A stretch of DNA of 64,000 nucleotides from Octopus sinensis. Taxonomy: Eukaryota. The stretch lies in contig NC_043012.1 of assembly GCF_006345805.1 (NCBI RefSeq), positions 39,618,001-39,682,000 on the forward strand, read 5' to 3'. This document shows positions 1 to 12,257 of this stretch, piece after piece (within the stretch, counting starts at the first letter, position 1; each line of letters begins with the position of its first letter). The notes beneath the pieces are model-generated. The model made no database searches and was not told the origin of the DNA. It was given only the letters and a program-made list of their open reading frames with translations. Made by a program: the position numbers and the translations under genes.

Positions 1-329
1 CAAAGCTTTGCGCTCTTAAAATATCTATTATCGCCTCTACACAAAATTCATATGGTAAAAGTATGTTGATTTGGCGGCAGGCACCAAAAACACTATAAAT
101 ATTCTACAAAAAGTACTATTTTTTTTATTAGCATGCTGGGATGTACGGACCTTTGCCTCAAATACTTTATCAGCCACAGTTACTTCTTATAATTGATTGA
201 TTAGCGGACCAGTTGCGGCCTTTAATGACATAAGGAGAGCCCAGTCATTACATAAACCTCTCGTATCCTATTCTGGTCACCTCGAGACATTGCAGTTAAT
301 TAGTTATCCTCATGCTTTCATTGCCAATG

Positions 330-700
330 GGGCAACAGCCTCATAAATGCTGTGCCGTGCTGCTCTGTCTTCAGCACAGGAATGTCTTCCTTCCGATATG
401 TCTTTCAGTTCTTTCTGTATTGTTTTCCATCTTTTTTTTTTTGTTTGTATATATAAGTCCTGTTTCACGATTTCCAACTATGACACAATTAAGACATGCA
501 AAATTTAAATATTTCTCAACATCAGAGCAATAATACTCCTTACGTTCTGCCCTCTGCAAAATAACTTCGTTAGAAACCCTGTCATGAGTTTTGTACTTAA
601 CGATCCATCTTGTCTTAACGTATAGGGGGTAACGATTTCTGAAAGGGACTGGGTCGTAGAACCATCAGATTAGAGTATAGAAAGATTGTCTCAGATATCT
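330..700 (-). mobile_element. Decayed RTE-clade LINE, ORF2 C-terminal fragment
   Basis: Minus-strand frames give HDRVSNEVILQRAE and AEDRAARHSIYEAVA. These resemble the RTE post-RT motifs W.DRV.NEEVL.RA and AQDR..WR. Frameshifted. Confidence 0.5.
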
Positions 701-1100
701 GACAAAGCGTCTTTCTAAAAGTCACATTGATTTATTAATAAAACTCATTCTTGAATCAGTAAAAGCTCGTAGATTTATGGTAGAACAGCGCTCTTTGACA
801 TCACATTATTGTGTAATAAGGGCTCCAGTTGATGACAGTTAACTCTGTGTGTGCGTGTGTGTGTTGATTGCAAATCCCCCCTTAATCAGCTAATGCTTTT
901 CTCTCCGTTTACTTATCTATTTGTCGCAATATGTTAAATAATTGTCTTTCAGAACACACTTTCATGTAGTCACAGACAAACGTATGCTTATCATCAATGA
1001 CGGAGATAGTTGTACACGAGCACACTCATACACACACGAATACACAGTTACATTTCTGTTTTGTGATATAATTTTTTATTTGAAGACGCGAAGCATCACT

Positions 1101-1104
<4 letters not shown>

Positions 1105-1149
<45 letters not shown>

Positions 1150-1422
1150 CTCTCTCTCTCTCCGTTCTCCTGCGCCTCGGGTTGCTCATATATATATATT
1201 TATGTGTGTATGTTGAGTATTGTCTGCGCGTGTTTGTGTCTGGTTTGAGTTCAAGTTTTTCACATTCATGACGGATATTTCCTTTAAAACACATCAACCT
1301 GGTTTGTGTGTATGGTGACTTTTAACGTCTTTCGAGCTTTTATCAGAACACACACACACACGTTATCTTTATTCCTCTCTCTCCCTCCCTCTCTCTCTCT
1401 CTCTTTCTGTATATATATACGC

Positions 1423-1502
<80 letters not shown>

Positions 1503-1925
1503 GTACATATATATAGGTATATACTTTTCTCTCTCTCAATTTCCCTTTTTCTCTCTCACACGTTGTTGATGGATTGAAAAAGAGTACTCAATGCAGCTAT
1601 AGAGTATATGTAGGTGTATTAAGTAAATGATTTCTTTATAGCTTCTCACTTGTAACATTCATTCTACTACAGAAAGCGATGTTGGAACAGACTGCGTTAC
1701 CTGGCATCACACGCCAGATTACTATTGAAAACTTACTTTATACGCAGTCCAATGAGCGAGCACGAGAAAATCTAGTACATTGATTTTAGGTGCCATGTAT
1801 GTTTATATGTGCGTATGTATGATTATATATATATATGTGTGCGCGTTTGTGTTGGTGTATGTGCGTATGCATATATTTGTACGTGTGTATATGTATGTGT
1901 GCATATCTATATGTATGTGTATACA

Positions 1926-1978
<53 letters not shown>

Positions 1979-1980
1979 TT
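1105..1980. repeat. Cluster of (CT)n, (TA)n and (TG)n microsatellites
   Basis: Directly visible dinucleotide tracts at about 1105-1161, 1437-1501 and 1925-1977. Confidence 0.95.
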
Positions 1981-2059
1981 TTTCGTAGTCCGAGAAAGAC
2001 GGTTCTGCAATTACTTGCGAAACAATCTGCACAAGTGGTTTGTTTCGTAGTAATCAGAT

Positions 2060-2260
2060 GTATGTGCTGGACATTAGCTCAAACCCTCCGTCAAATTGAC
2101 GTTGTCTGATCACGTGCAAGATGTGTCTCACGTCAGGTGTCGAAGTGATTGCTGAGCTTCGCAGTGCAACGTGAGATGAAGTGCATCACTCAGTCCAGGA
2201 ATTGAAACCACGATCTCACGATTGTGTGTGCAACACCCTCACTACTAGGCCATGTACCTT
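2060..2260 (-). mobile_element. tRNA-head SINE fragment (family C-like head)
   Basis: Reverse complement begins aaggtacatggcctagtagtgagggtgttgcac...gtggtttcaattcc, with A- and B-box-like motifs. Similar to the heads at 41734 and 49707. Confidence 0.5.
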
Positions 2261-2269
2261 TACTATATA

Positions 2270-3306
2270 TATCAATATCTAGAAAGCTGAAATGCGAAAA
2301 GTTTGTCTCATTTGGGGATTGGAACGGGTTAAGGGGCACTAGATGGGGTCGTATTGGCTCCAAAATTTACAAGGCCAGGTAAAAAGAGGCGAGGAATTGA
2401 GTGGACTAGATTAGAAACCCATATCTCAAAAGCTGTGGTTACCAGGGCAACAAAGCCCACACTTTTACAAGTGTTGTCGTTTCTCTCTTTCGCATATCAC
2501 ACTCTCTTTCTTCGTCTCTCTCTTTCCTTCCTTCTTTCCCTCCACTTTCTCTCAATAACGACGTTTGACAGCTTCGCCGTCTCTCTGTCACTCTTTCTTC
2601 CACCACCTCTCTCACTGTACGTCTGTCTGTATCTATAGAGAGAAAGCGTTGACAGCCGCAAAAGTTTAAATATTCGCGCCACAGGTCTTTTAGAACGGTG
2701 AATTATTATGTTGATACAAATTGGATTTTTATGTAAAAAGGGGTCTAAATGGTGTTGGAAGGGGATTAAAATTTACAGGAGTGGGTGTTTAGGAATTCTC
2801 TGTTAATCGAGCTAAAAAATTGGCGCCAGCCTTTAAATCGTTGCTGTCCGTGGTTAAGATGTTTTCAATGCCAGCCATGGTGAGTCTACTATCCTCAGAT
2901 TCTATCCTTTCAAACTTTAGTTTCCAATATTTTTTTTTATTCAGCTCGCAAGTTCGTCTGTTCCTTTTAAATGTTAGTGTTTTGCTGTCCGCATTCAAGC
3001 AGACCTTTCCGTTGTCACTACCTGATATCTTTGATTGATCTTTCAAAATATTTTCCTGATTGATCTTTCAAAATATTTTCCTTCACGACTTACTCAAGAT
3101 CTTGTGTTCTTTATAAATGGGAGAGAGAGGGTGAGAGAAAGTGAGGAAGAGTCCGAGAGAAAGGAAGAGTAAGAGAGTAGGAAAGTGAGAGAGAAAGAAC
3201 AAGAAACAAAGAAGGAGAATGTGGCGATAAGAAACAGAAAGGAAGCAACAGAAGGTAACAACCACACCATCACCCGTGCGTAGAGCAGGTTACCTTATGC
3301 TAGTAT
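2270..3306 (-). mobile_element. Helentron/HINE-like non-autonomous rolling-circle element (candidate)
   Basis: Right end cccgtgcgtagagcaggt...tgctagtat is the reverse complement of an ATACTAGC...CGGG subterminal hairpin end. Left end atatctagaaagctgaa resembles the opposite terminus. Same architecture as 36036. Confidence 0.4.
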
Positions 3307-3325
3307 ATACATATATATATCAAAT

Positions 3326-3702
3326 AGGTGAAGTCGTAGCAATGTTGTAAGACGTTTCCTTCCTATCTACAGGGTTACGGGTTCAACCGCACTGCATTGC
3401 ACCTTCGGCAAGTGATTTTACTACAGCTTTGGGTCGACCAAACACTTGTGGGTGGATTTGGAAAAACTGAAACTAAAATACCACAGTGTATAATTTATGT
3501 ATGTGTATGTGTGTCTCGCCTCTGCTTGACGGTAAGTGTTGCTGTGTTTACGCCTCCGTAATTTTACCGTTTGGCAAAAGAGACTGACAGAATATATACC
3601 AGGTTTTGAAAAGTTACTGACGTTGATTCATTCGATTAGAATTCTCAAGGTGATACCCCAACATGGCTGCTGTCCAATGACTGTAACCAGTAACGGATAA
3701 AA

Positions 3703-3703
<1 letters not shown>
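3326..3703 (+). mobile_element. SINE family A (tRNA-derived, internal microsatellite), old copy
   Basis: Colinear with 41368-41710: ggttacgggttcaaccgcactgc, gtcgaccaaacacttgtgggtggatttgg, tail catggctgctgtccaatgactg. Confidence 0.6.
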
Positions 3704-3760
<57 letters not shown>

Positions 3761-3955
3761 CACACACATACGCACACACGCATATGTACACACATTATGG
3801 CATTCATATATATATAAATGAAAATAGTCCACAAAAAATAGCAGAGATTGCATAAAATATACAGTACAACAAATTTTAAACAATAATATAAAAAATAATT
3901 TTATACAGCATCTAAAGGTTAAAAGAACTTGAGAATCACACCATACCGTGGGTAT

Positions 3956-4010
<55 letters not shown>

Positions 4011-4724
4011 TGTGCTGTATGACGTTAAACCTAATGAGATGAACTTAGTCATCTTGAAAGAAAAAGCTGCACGCTGAGTGTACTGAGTTCATGAACAACA
4101 TTTAAGTTGTAGAAATGCGACAAATCGTAGCAGGAGTGTAAAATATTTCGATTTTTACTTAACTTCAATATGGTTAGGCTACAAAATCACTGAGGAGAAT
4201 TGCACTGAAGCGGAAGCATGTCTGGAGTTCGTTCCCTTGTTGGAGAATGTAATACTAATAATAATCCTAGAATTAAATTTTCTCTGATTTTTTTTCCCGA
4301 CACATTTGCTGTTTCATTCAATGATTTTTGTAATGATGCAAGTAACAAATATGGTGACACCATCATGCTTTGAATATGTGTCTGTGCGTGTGTGTGTGTG
4401 TGTGTGTGTGCGCGCACGCTCATATATTTTTATATTAATATATGTATGTATGTATGTACATATTTTTATAGATGTGTGTGTGTGTGTGTGTAAGCGCATA
4501 TGTTTCTGTGAGGGTAAAATTACGAAACCATCTTCCTTTAGCAACGAACAGTTGAAACAAAATATCTTTGCTAATATTGGATTTTGAAGTTTGGACTGTC
4601 TTTAAATATTTGTCTACTTCACTGATTAAAGCCTTTAGTGAACAATAGCGCACCGAGTTAGACATCGGTGACTACATTTAAGACTGAAAGAGTAACAATT
4701 ACTGGTATGTTATACAAAGGTTGA

Positions 4725-5137
4725 GGATCTTTTCGGTTTGAACGGCAGGTTTTTCTAGCGGTGTCATATGAAATTTTCACCCATAATTATGACCCTAGTA
4801 TCGATCTATTGCATTTCAATCTGTTTTAGGGTTAGGGTTACTTAGGGTTAGGGGTGGGGGAAGGGTATCTTTTTTTCTTCACAAATGTAAATGAACCCAA
4901 TCTGTTTCTTATATTCATACGGTACAGAATGTTTTTTTACCTCAATAGACGTCAGTGATTGGTTGAAATTGCAGAAATTGAAGAAAAAAACAACAAATAT
5001 CTTGCAAACTATAGAATTTTCTCAATAAAGCCAAGAGAAAAAAATGTTTTATAAACACATTCTATCAGTATACGAAGTTTAAAATTTTTAGTTTCCTAGA
5101 AATTATGTAAAAACTGCCGTTCAAACCGAAAAGATCC
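4725..5137. mobile_element. MITE with 24-bp perfect TIR and 8-bp TSD, carrying TTAGGG repeats
   Basis: TIR ggatcttttcggtttgaacggcag / ctgccgttcaaaccgaaaagatcc. TSD aaggttga at 4717-4724 and 5138-5145. Confidence 0.9.
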
Positions 5138-5596
5138 AAGGTTGAATAAATAGCACAGAAAAATCTAGTTTACGAAGCATTGAAAAGTCAGTGCTTTCGA
5201 ATAAATATACATCGGTGAAATACATAATCACTCACATACACACACACAAACGTATGGCCATGTATGTGTGTGTACTCGACAGGCCTCCGCGTATTGCCCC
5301 TCTAACAGCTTCTGCTCCCAAGCCATTGGTCATTCCAGGATTTAGTGTCCAAAACCCTCAAAAGCCAGATGATCACGATATTGTATAGGTTAAAATTGGA
5401 TCCTCAGGGTTGTGAGGCGAACCTTTTAAGTTATTCCTGCATCCATTAAGTATCCATAAAGTCGACCAGAGTAGGAGTAATTTGCACATAAGAGTTTTCA
5501 TTTCTAAAAACACACTTTGTTTACATTTATTTTAATTTTAATTTAATATAAAAGCTACATTTATAAGTTCAAAAATTGTGAATTAATTTGTCAGTG

Positions 5597-5667
5597 GCCA
5601 GTTTAGCTTAAGGGTGAAGCACTTGGCTGTTAATCGCAGGATATGAGTTCGACTCTCGTGGCTGGCT
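5597..5667 (+). tRNA. tRNA-Asn(GTT)-like gene or pseudogene with non-canonical sequence
   Basis: Acceptor GCCAGTT/GGCTGGC, D stem GCTT/AAGC, anticodon loop CTGTTAA, T arm ATGAG-TTCGACT-CTCGT, A and B boxes, T5 at 5677-5681. Anticodon stem has two mismatches. Confidence 0.55.
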
Positions 5668-5901
5668 GCTGACAAATTTTTCCGCAAAATATGGATATAT
5701 TATCTTGTTCTTGCTGTTCTGTCAGCATATTATTCTGCGTTCGAGAATAAATTATCTCCTCATCTGTATCTTTCAATGCATCTCAGTGCTTCTAAAAGAA
5801 AACTTTGTTTACTTTTATCATAATTCGAAGAGTTTTATGTTTTATGTCGAGAACTGACTACGGATAGACGTAACACAATCTATGAATAGTGTCAGAAAAG
5901 A

Positions 5902-6120
5902 AGGCAGCGATCTGACAGAATCGCTAGAATGCCGGGGAAAATGATTATCAGCATTTTGTCCGTCTTTACGTTCTAAGTTCAAATTCCGCACAGGTCGACT
6001 ACGTTTTCATCTTTCTGGGGTTGATAGCATTAAAAAAGTACCAGTTGAGCATTGGTGTCGATGTAATCAACTTACCCCCATCCACCGAAATTACTGTCCT
6101 TGTGTCAAGCTTTGAAAGCA
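5902..6120 (+). mobile_element. SINE family B, diverged copy
   Basis: Family B core: gtctttacgttctaagttcaaattccgcacaggtcgact...aagtaccagttgagcattggtgtcgatgtaatc. Confidence 0.65.
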
Positions 6121-6951
6121 GTATCATAAGAAAAGGAGAAACTACACGTACAGGCGTATTGAAACCTCGGCTACTGAAATAATTACTGATTTACTACCTT
6201 CGACTTAACTGACCCAAGCGCAATACATGCTTACCTATAGTGAGATTATTTCCTGCCTGTGTGCCATTATCGCTGGTGATGAGTTACTTGTACATAACAT
6301 ACAGCTATGCATTACATACCGCTTGATTTTAATCTGATAACATCGAACCTGATCTATACCTATGGTCATGCCTCGAGGAGGCCGTATTTTCTCCAGATTT
6401 TCAAGGCTAAAATTTTAAATATGTAACCACACCAAGTCTATCGCAGGGATAACTCCCGGTGCCATTCTCGGTCTAAGAATGACCACCACGCCATAAATAT
6501 TATGTGCCTAAGACTCTATAGCGATGATATATTTGTGCGTGCGTGTTTGTAAGTAAAGCTTGGTTAACGCCGTCAAGTCTTCTCGACACCTTGTTACGAA
6601 GTAGAATATTCACTAGTTTACTTGGCTCATTACAGAAATGATTTGCAATTAACGTCCTTCACAGTTCGATCTATTCCACGGTAGTAAACTGGACTTTGTC
6701 GATTCGACGGACACTCATCCACCTAAATTTTTCCGTAAATTAAATCAGGACTATAGAAACACGGAACACACCTTGCAGTGTAATCGAACCTGACGCAGGT
6801 GGTGCTGTAGCGGATTTCTTCAGTATAAAACTGTGTGTGTGTGTGTATGATAGAAATACAGAAATAGTATATATCTGTGTGTGTGTGTGTGTGTGGTGTG
6901 TGTGTGTGTGTGTGTGTGTTTGTGTGTGTGATACAAATACAGAAATAGTAC

Positions 6952-7137
6952 TTCCTGTTCGTCAGCTGACTGTGCGACTATGAGGATTGGGGTGTATATT
7001 TTATATAGGATTTTGTATTGTGTCTCCAGCGTCAGGTTATCTTGCTTGCGGAAACGTAATTCAAAGCGTTTAGACTTCCCCTTCTTCTTTACGTAAGGTA
7101 GTAAGTTCTCCACTTCCGGTCTGATGAGTTTTATAAT
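6952..7137 (-). CDS. Candidate 186-nt phase 0/0 exon, product unrecognised
   Basis: ttatcaacAG acceptor, 62 open codons (IIKLIRPEVENLLPYV...SADEQE), weak donor GAA|GTACTA. No homology recognised. Confidence 0.2.
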
Positions 7138-7639
7138 CTGTTGATAAAATATTTCTATAACTTCCACAACCACGCTTTTCTCTTCCTCTTTATTCTCCAT
7201 TCCTTTCTTTTTTCTTCTTTTCATTCACCACAAAGCAAAACCAAAACCATCACTTGCACGGATACTACTACTACTACTATCACAGCCTTCATTACATCCA
7301 TGCCGCCGCATTTCCAATGAACCGAAAATCGATGTAGACATGACACCGAATATTAGTCCGTTTGATTAAAAAGTTGTTTGATCGATAATCGAGTTGGTGT
7401 TGTTGTAGCTGTTGTCTCTGATATTAACTGTTGTTGTTGTTGTAATTGTTCTAGGTTGTCGTTAGCATAACGGTGTGTGTTGGTTGTTATTGTCGTATTT
7501 GTTGCTGCTGTCCTAGCTTAATTTGTTGTTGTGGAAAAGTTGTCCTCTTTTTCCTCTTTTTTCTCATTTTCGTCTTCCTATATTCTCACCTTGTGTAAGA
7601 ACTATTCACTTTCTTTCTTTCTTTGTTTCTTATTATTAG

Positions 7640-7955
7640 GCCTCCGTTGTCTTTCACCCCTTCAGGGATCGATGAAATAAAGAATCTTTCAGGTACTGGG
7701 ATCGATGGCATAGACTAACCCCATGCCCTCAATCAAAATTGTACGCCTTGTGCCCCAATTAGAAACCAAAAGCAGCGTGCTAGAAGCGGCATTTCGTCCG
7801 TCTTTATACTCTGAATTCAAAATTCCTCAGAGGTTGACTTAGCATTGTATCCTTTCGGAAACGATGAAATGAGTACCAGTTGAGCACCATGCTCAATGTA
7901 ACCGATTTTCCTCATATGACAATATTGCAAGCGTTGTGCTTATATAACAATGAAT
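7640..7955 (+). mobile_element. Two tandem truncated SINE family B copies
   Basis: Two partial family B cores: tttcaccccttcagggatcgatg... and gcggcatttcgtccgtctttatactctgaattcaaa... Confidence 0.55.
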
Positions 7956-8126
7956 TATTATTATTTGCCATTGCCCTTCTCCGAAGCATTACACCGTGTA
8001 ACACCAGTTTTGTTTTCCAGTGTTTCTTGCTGTTATTCTTTTCCTGTTCTCAAAAAATGCCCTGATATTTTGCCTACCATCAATAGTTTAAGAAATAATT
8101 AGGGTTTCATATTGGAAGATGAAAAC

Positions 8127-8336
8127 TATAGTAATCCCTCGACAAAATCCGCGAAGTAGAAACAGTACTGTACTGCATATTCTTTTATTATGTTTATTTG
8201 TATATATTTATTTTATCATAAATGCAAAACAACACCACGGAGGAATCGACATAAGCTTAAGTAATAAACCGCGATAGGGGAAACGCGATAGGTGGACCGC
8301 GATAGGTGGACCACAATATTGCGAGGGATTACTATA
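8127..8336. mobile_element. Tigger/pogo-like MITE with TA TSD
   Basis: TIR ta|tagtaatccctcg ... cgagggattacta|ta. A second copy lies at 49413-49615. Confidence 0.85.
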
Positions 8337-8724
8337 CTTTGTTGCAAAAGTGGTTTATTGACTTTATTCATATTGTGTAACAATATCAATGAAGTAATAC
8401 TTTTGTATTATTTTTTTGCATTTCACTTTAAGCTAATCAGAAAATGTAAGTAGGCATTCGATGAGTTTACACTAGAAAGGCATTAAAGATCATGTGAGCT
8501 CATTTATATTTACGGGTAAGTGACCGTATATGGTCTCCCATTATGGCAGTGTCCCATCTAACGTGGTATCTCTTCCCCCATTGCAACAATGTCCCGATGG
8601 AATTTCTCACCACGTTCCTCACTGCCCTGACCTAAGTTTTTAGGAAAGATGTCTAACCGTGAATGCAATAAGTTCACCTTTAAGGACATTGTTACAAAAT
8701 TTTACCCAAGATTCCCACACAGAA

Positions 8725-9120
8725 CTTTGCGTGTCATCTTGGGAAAGTGTTTTCTAGTAGAGCCTCGGGGCCGAGCATAGTCTTGTGAGTGGATTTTGTA
8801 GGCGGAAACTGAAAGAAGCCTGTCGTATATATATATATAGGTGTGTGTGTGTGTGTATAGTGGCTAGATAGATAGATAATGTGTGTGTGGGTATGTTTTT
8901 GTGTCCCTGTCTGGCATCACCACTTGACAACCGATGTTGGTCCGCGTAACCTCTGGTTTGACAAAAGGTAGCGGTAGAATAAGTACCAGGCTTTAAGAAG
9001 ATGAAATAAGAACAGTGATGTGGGTGGGGAGAGGGCGATTCGTTCGAACTGAAAATTCGTCATGGTAGTGTTCCAGCATGGCCGGACTATAATGACTAAA
9101 GCGAGTAAAAGATAAAGGTA
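8725..9120 (+). mobile_element. SINE family A, 5'-eroded
   Basis: gtgagtggattttgtaggcggaaactgaaagaagcctgtcgtata...cttgacaaccgatgttgg...ccagcatggcc. Confidence 0.7.
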
Positions 9121-9338
9121 TAGTCCCAATGCAGTGATTTACTATTTTTGTTCCTTTATATAATCTTCCTAATTCCCTAAAACAACGTTAATTAGGTAAC
9201 GAACATATTGGCAATGAAAAAACGTTCTTGAAGTCTTGGATGGTGTCAGCAATGTCGCACGAGGTGATCCACACTTTGTCGAGTATATGAAATAGTCGGG
9301 AAGCAATTTACAATGTAACAGGATTGGGGTACTGCGAA

Positions 9339-9361
9339 GGGGTTAGGGTTAGGGTTAGGGG
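9339..9361 (+). repeat. Interstitial telomere-type repeat GGGG(TTAGGG)3G, G-quadruplex motif
   Basis: ggggttagggttagggttagggg, four G-tracts with TTA loops. Confidence 0.9.
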
Positions 9362-12212
9362 TGAAGGTAACTAGGGGCGTTAGATTCGCTGTTCTAACCC
9401 TCATGATCCCTTTTGAGCCGCGTTTTTCGACTACCCCCTCGACCCACACATACAATTTGAATTTGAGCAAGTTTATTTGAGAAATTGGCTAGAAAGTTTT
9501 TTTTGTAAATATAATTAAAATGTCTTTAACAATACCTGTTTTTTTACCAGTAAAAGGCTATATTGATTTCCATAAATCGATTTAGATTTCATAGATTTGA
9601 AATTCATTTCATTGCTATTGTTTTTATTCCTGCACCACTATGTCTGGGGTTCCATGGGACCGAAGCGACGATGCTTTGAAAAAATAAAAACTGTTCTGAA
9701 GAAGTGAAGCAAACCGAAACTCCACTCACCGTCAGAGTCATTCTTCAGTCTAATGTTAAGTTGCTTTCTTTTTTTTATATAATTTTACATAACAAAACTC
9801 GTGCGCGTCTATGTACGCATATACCACCCAACTACATACACACACACTCACACACACACACACACACACACACAAATATAATCGAATTTGAAACTACGTT
9901 TCGCATACTTGACTAAGTTGTATGGGATGCATACGCATAAAACAAAATAGATGCTTTTTAGAGACCTACATGCCGTTCTCAGGGTTATTAAGCTTGTACA
10001 AGTTTGCTTATCACCGAAGCGAATAACATTCAACGATATCTCTACAGTCCTTTTCTGAATCGTATCAAAACGACTTTTTTTTATTCCTCTTACAGTTTGT
10101 TTATCCGAATTTGTTTTAAATTTCCCTTGTTTTTTTGTTTTTTCATTTTTTCTTTCAATAAAATCTACAACACTAATGGACATTGAAGAAAATTAAAGAC
10201 GTTAAATTTGTCTTAATGTCTGATAAAATTCTCTCCGACATAAATCTATTAGTTCAACAATTTATTACTTTTTAGAACCGCAACTTTTTTTTCATTTTCA
10301 TTTGATAGAATTCGGAATCTTACTGAGTATATATTTTGCAACTCTGCCAGTGTCACGTGATCATAAGCCCATAAACCATTATATGATGAAGGGGGACATA
10401 TTCGGGCCTGTAACCTGAATCCAGATATCTAAGAAACAGTCTGTCCGCTTATTGTTTCTTGTATATTTAAATATATATAATTTTTGTTATTTATTTATAA
10501 ACTTAAAACACGTGAACTTGTAATCTCAACAGTAAATCAGAAAATTTCTAATGACCCACGATGGCAATTTAAGATTTTTAATGACGAATTTTCGTTTGTT
10601 CAATTTAATTAATAATTTATCTTCTGATTATTTCAAGTTTATGTTAGTTTATATTTTTAACTGTTTTTATTTTCTCTTTGATTTGTTTCCGTCACAGATG
10701 TTTCCGGATAAATAAATCATTAAAACAAGCAAAAACATGCAAAAAATAACACAATATAAATATAATATAAATAATATAAACAAAAGTGATAGTAATAGTT
10801 TCTTTAGTAAACACCGTAAGAGAGTTTTACGACGTTTATTAATGGCGAATCTTGTGGAAAAAAAAATAGATTAATGTTTGCTGAAAAAAAGAAATCAGAA
10901 ATAGACGAAGAATTTAGAGCGTTCCTAATATATCTGGTTCCGAAAAAAAATATATATAGATGCAAGGAACTTTGACTCGAGGAACAATTTTATTTACCAT
11001 TTACTTTATTGAAAATATTTTTGCAATCATTTATTTGTTTCTATAAATCACTTGAGTCAGGTGACCACTAGTGACTGAACTGTGTGATATATGATATATT
11101 TGGTACAGTTCAGTTCGTTTTAATTGAATTTAAACAGCGTTGTGGACAAAATGCAGCCGAGAGTAGATATAAATTACCTCAGCTTATTTCATCTCCACTC
11201 TTCTCTCAACATACCTCCGACACTGTCATGAAGTCTAAACAGACGATCTAAGCAGAGTTCAAACCACGTGGTGTGAATCAATATCAATCAACGAGATATA
11301 TCTTTTTTCCAAAGTCAAGTAATTTCTGTTTATGTTCAATAACTTATTTGCTTTTGTACGCCCTGCTAAATACATACATTTAAAATAGCGATTCATTACA
11401 TATGTAAAGTGACTCCAATTTGTTTGAACATACACAGTCGAATGAAATCATCTGGCGTGTCTGTTAGCTGGCTTATGAAACCCAGAGTTGTTAAAAGTTA
11501 AATTTCTCGTGGCGAGATTTGTACTTGAAACATTGAGCCGGATTAGATGGTTTATATCTTTTTTCAGTTATGTTCTGATATAAACTAAATTTTTTGAATG
11601 CATTTCTTCAATATATTATTCCATCAATATTTATATTATTCGTAAATATATGTGTTTTTCATAACTTAGGTAGCGGAAAGCGATATCTCACGAAACTTAA
11701 GAAAAGTCATGTAATTGAAGCAATCCTCACTTTTAAATGCAGATTTTTATCCAATAAGATTTCAGGCTTTGTCTTTATATAATTCGTAATCTCTCTGTTT
11801 GGCAATTCGCTATTCATCTCCGTCGGTCATATATTTCCAATTACCTACATTCCTGTACACTAGCAACAATTTGTTCAGTTCATTCCTCGTAAGATAGATT
11901 TGTCTTTAATTCGGTATCTAATAGTTTAGTTTAACAGAGAGATTTTTATTGAGTCTTAACAAACACAAAACTTGTCGGAAAATTCTCGCTTTTAATTGCT
12001 GACGCGCCGCTAGTTGGTCCACGGTTAATTAGATGTGCGGTAGACATTTTATATTGTTTTTCTGACTGTATGTACGAGCGCACACCGCCGGTAAGAGTTC
12101 GTCGGCCACGGCAAGGATGTGAAGCCAATTCACTTAAACCTCAGGCGTTCTTTCTCTTCCCACATTCTTTGTCATTCTGTTTGACAATTTCTCTCCGTCT
12201 CTGACTATCTGT

Positions 12213-12257
<45 letters not shown>

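Noticed and set aside
6276-6336. Box C/D snoRNA candidate (GTGATGA...CTGA)
   Set aside because: No terminal stem and no recognisable rRNA-complementary guide.
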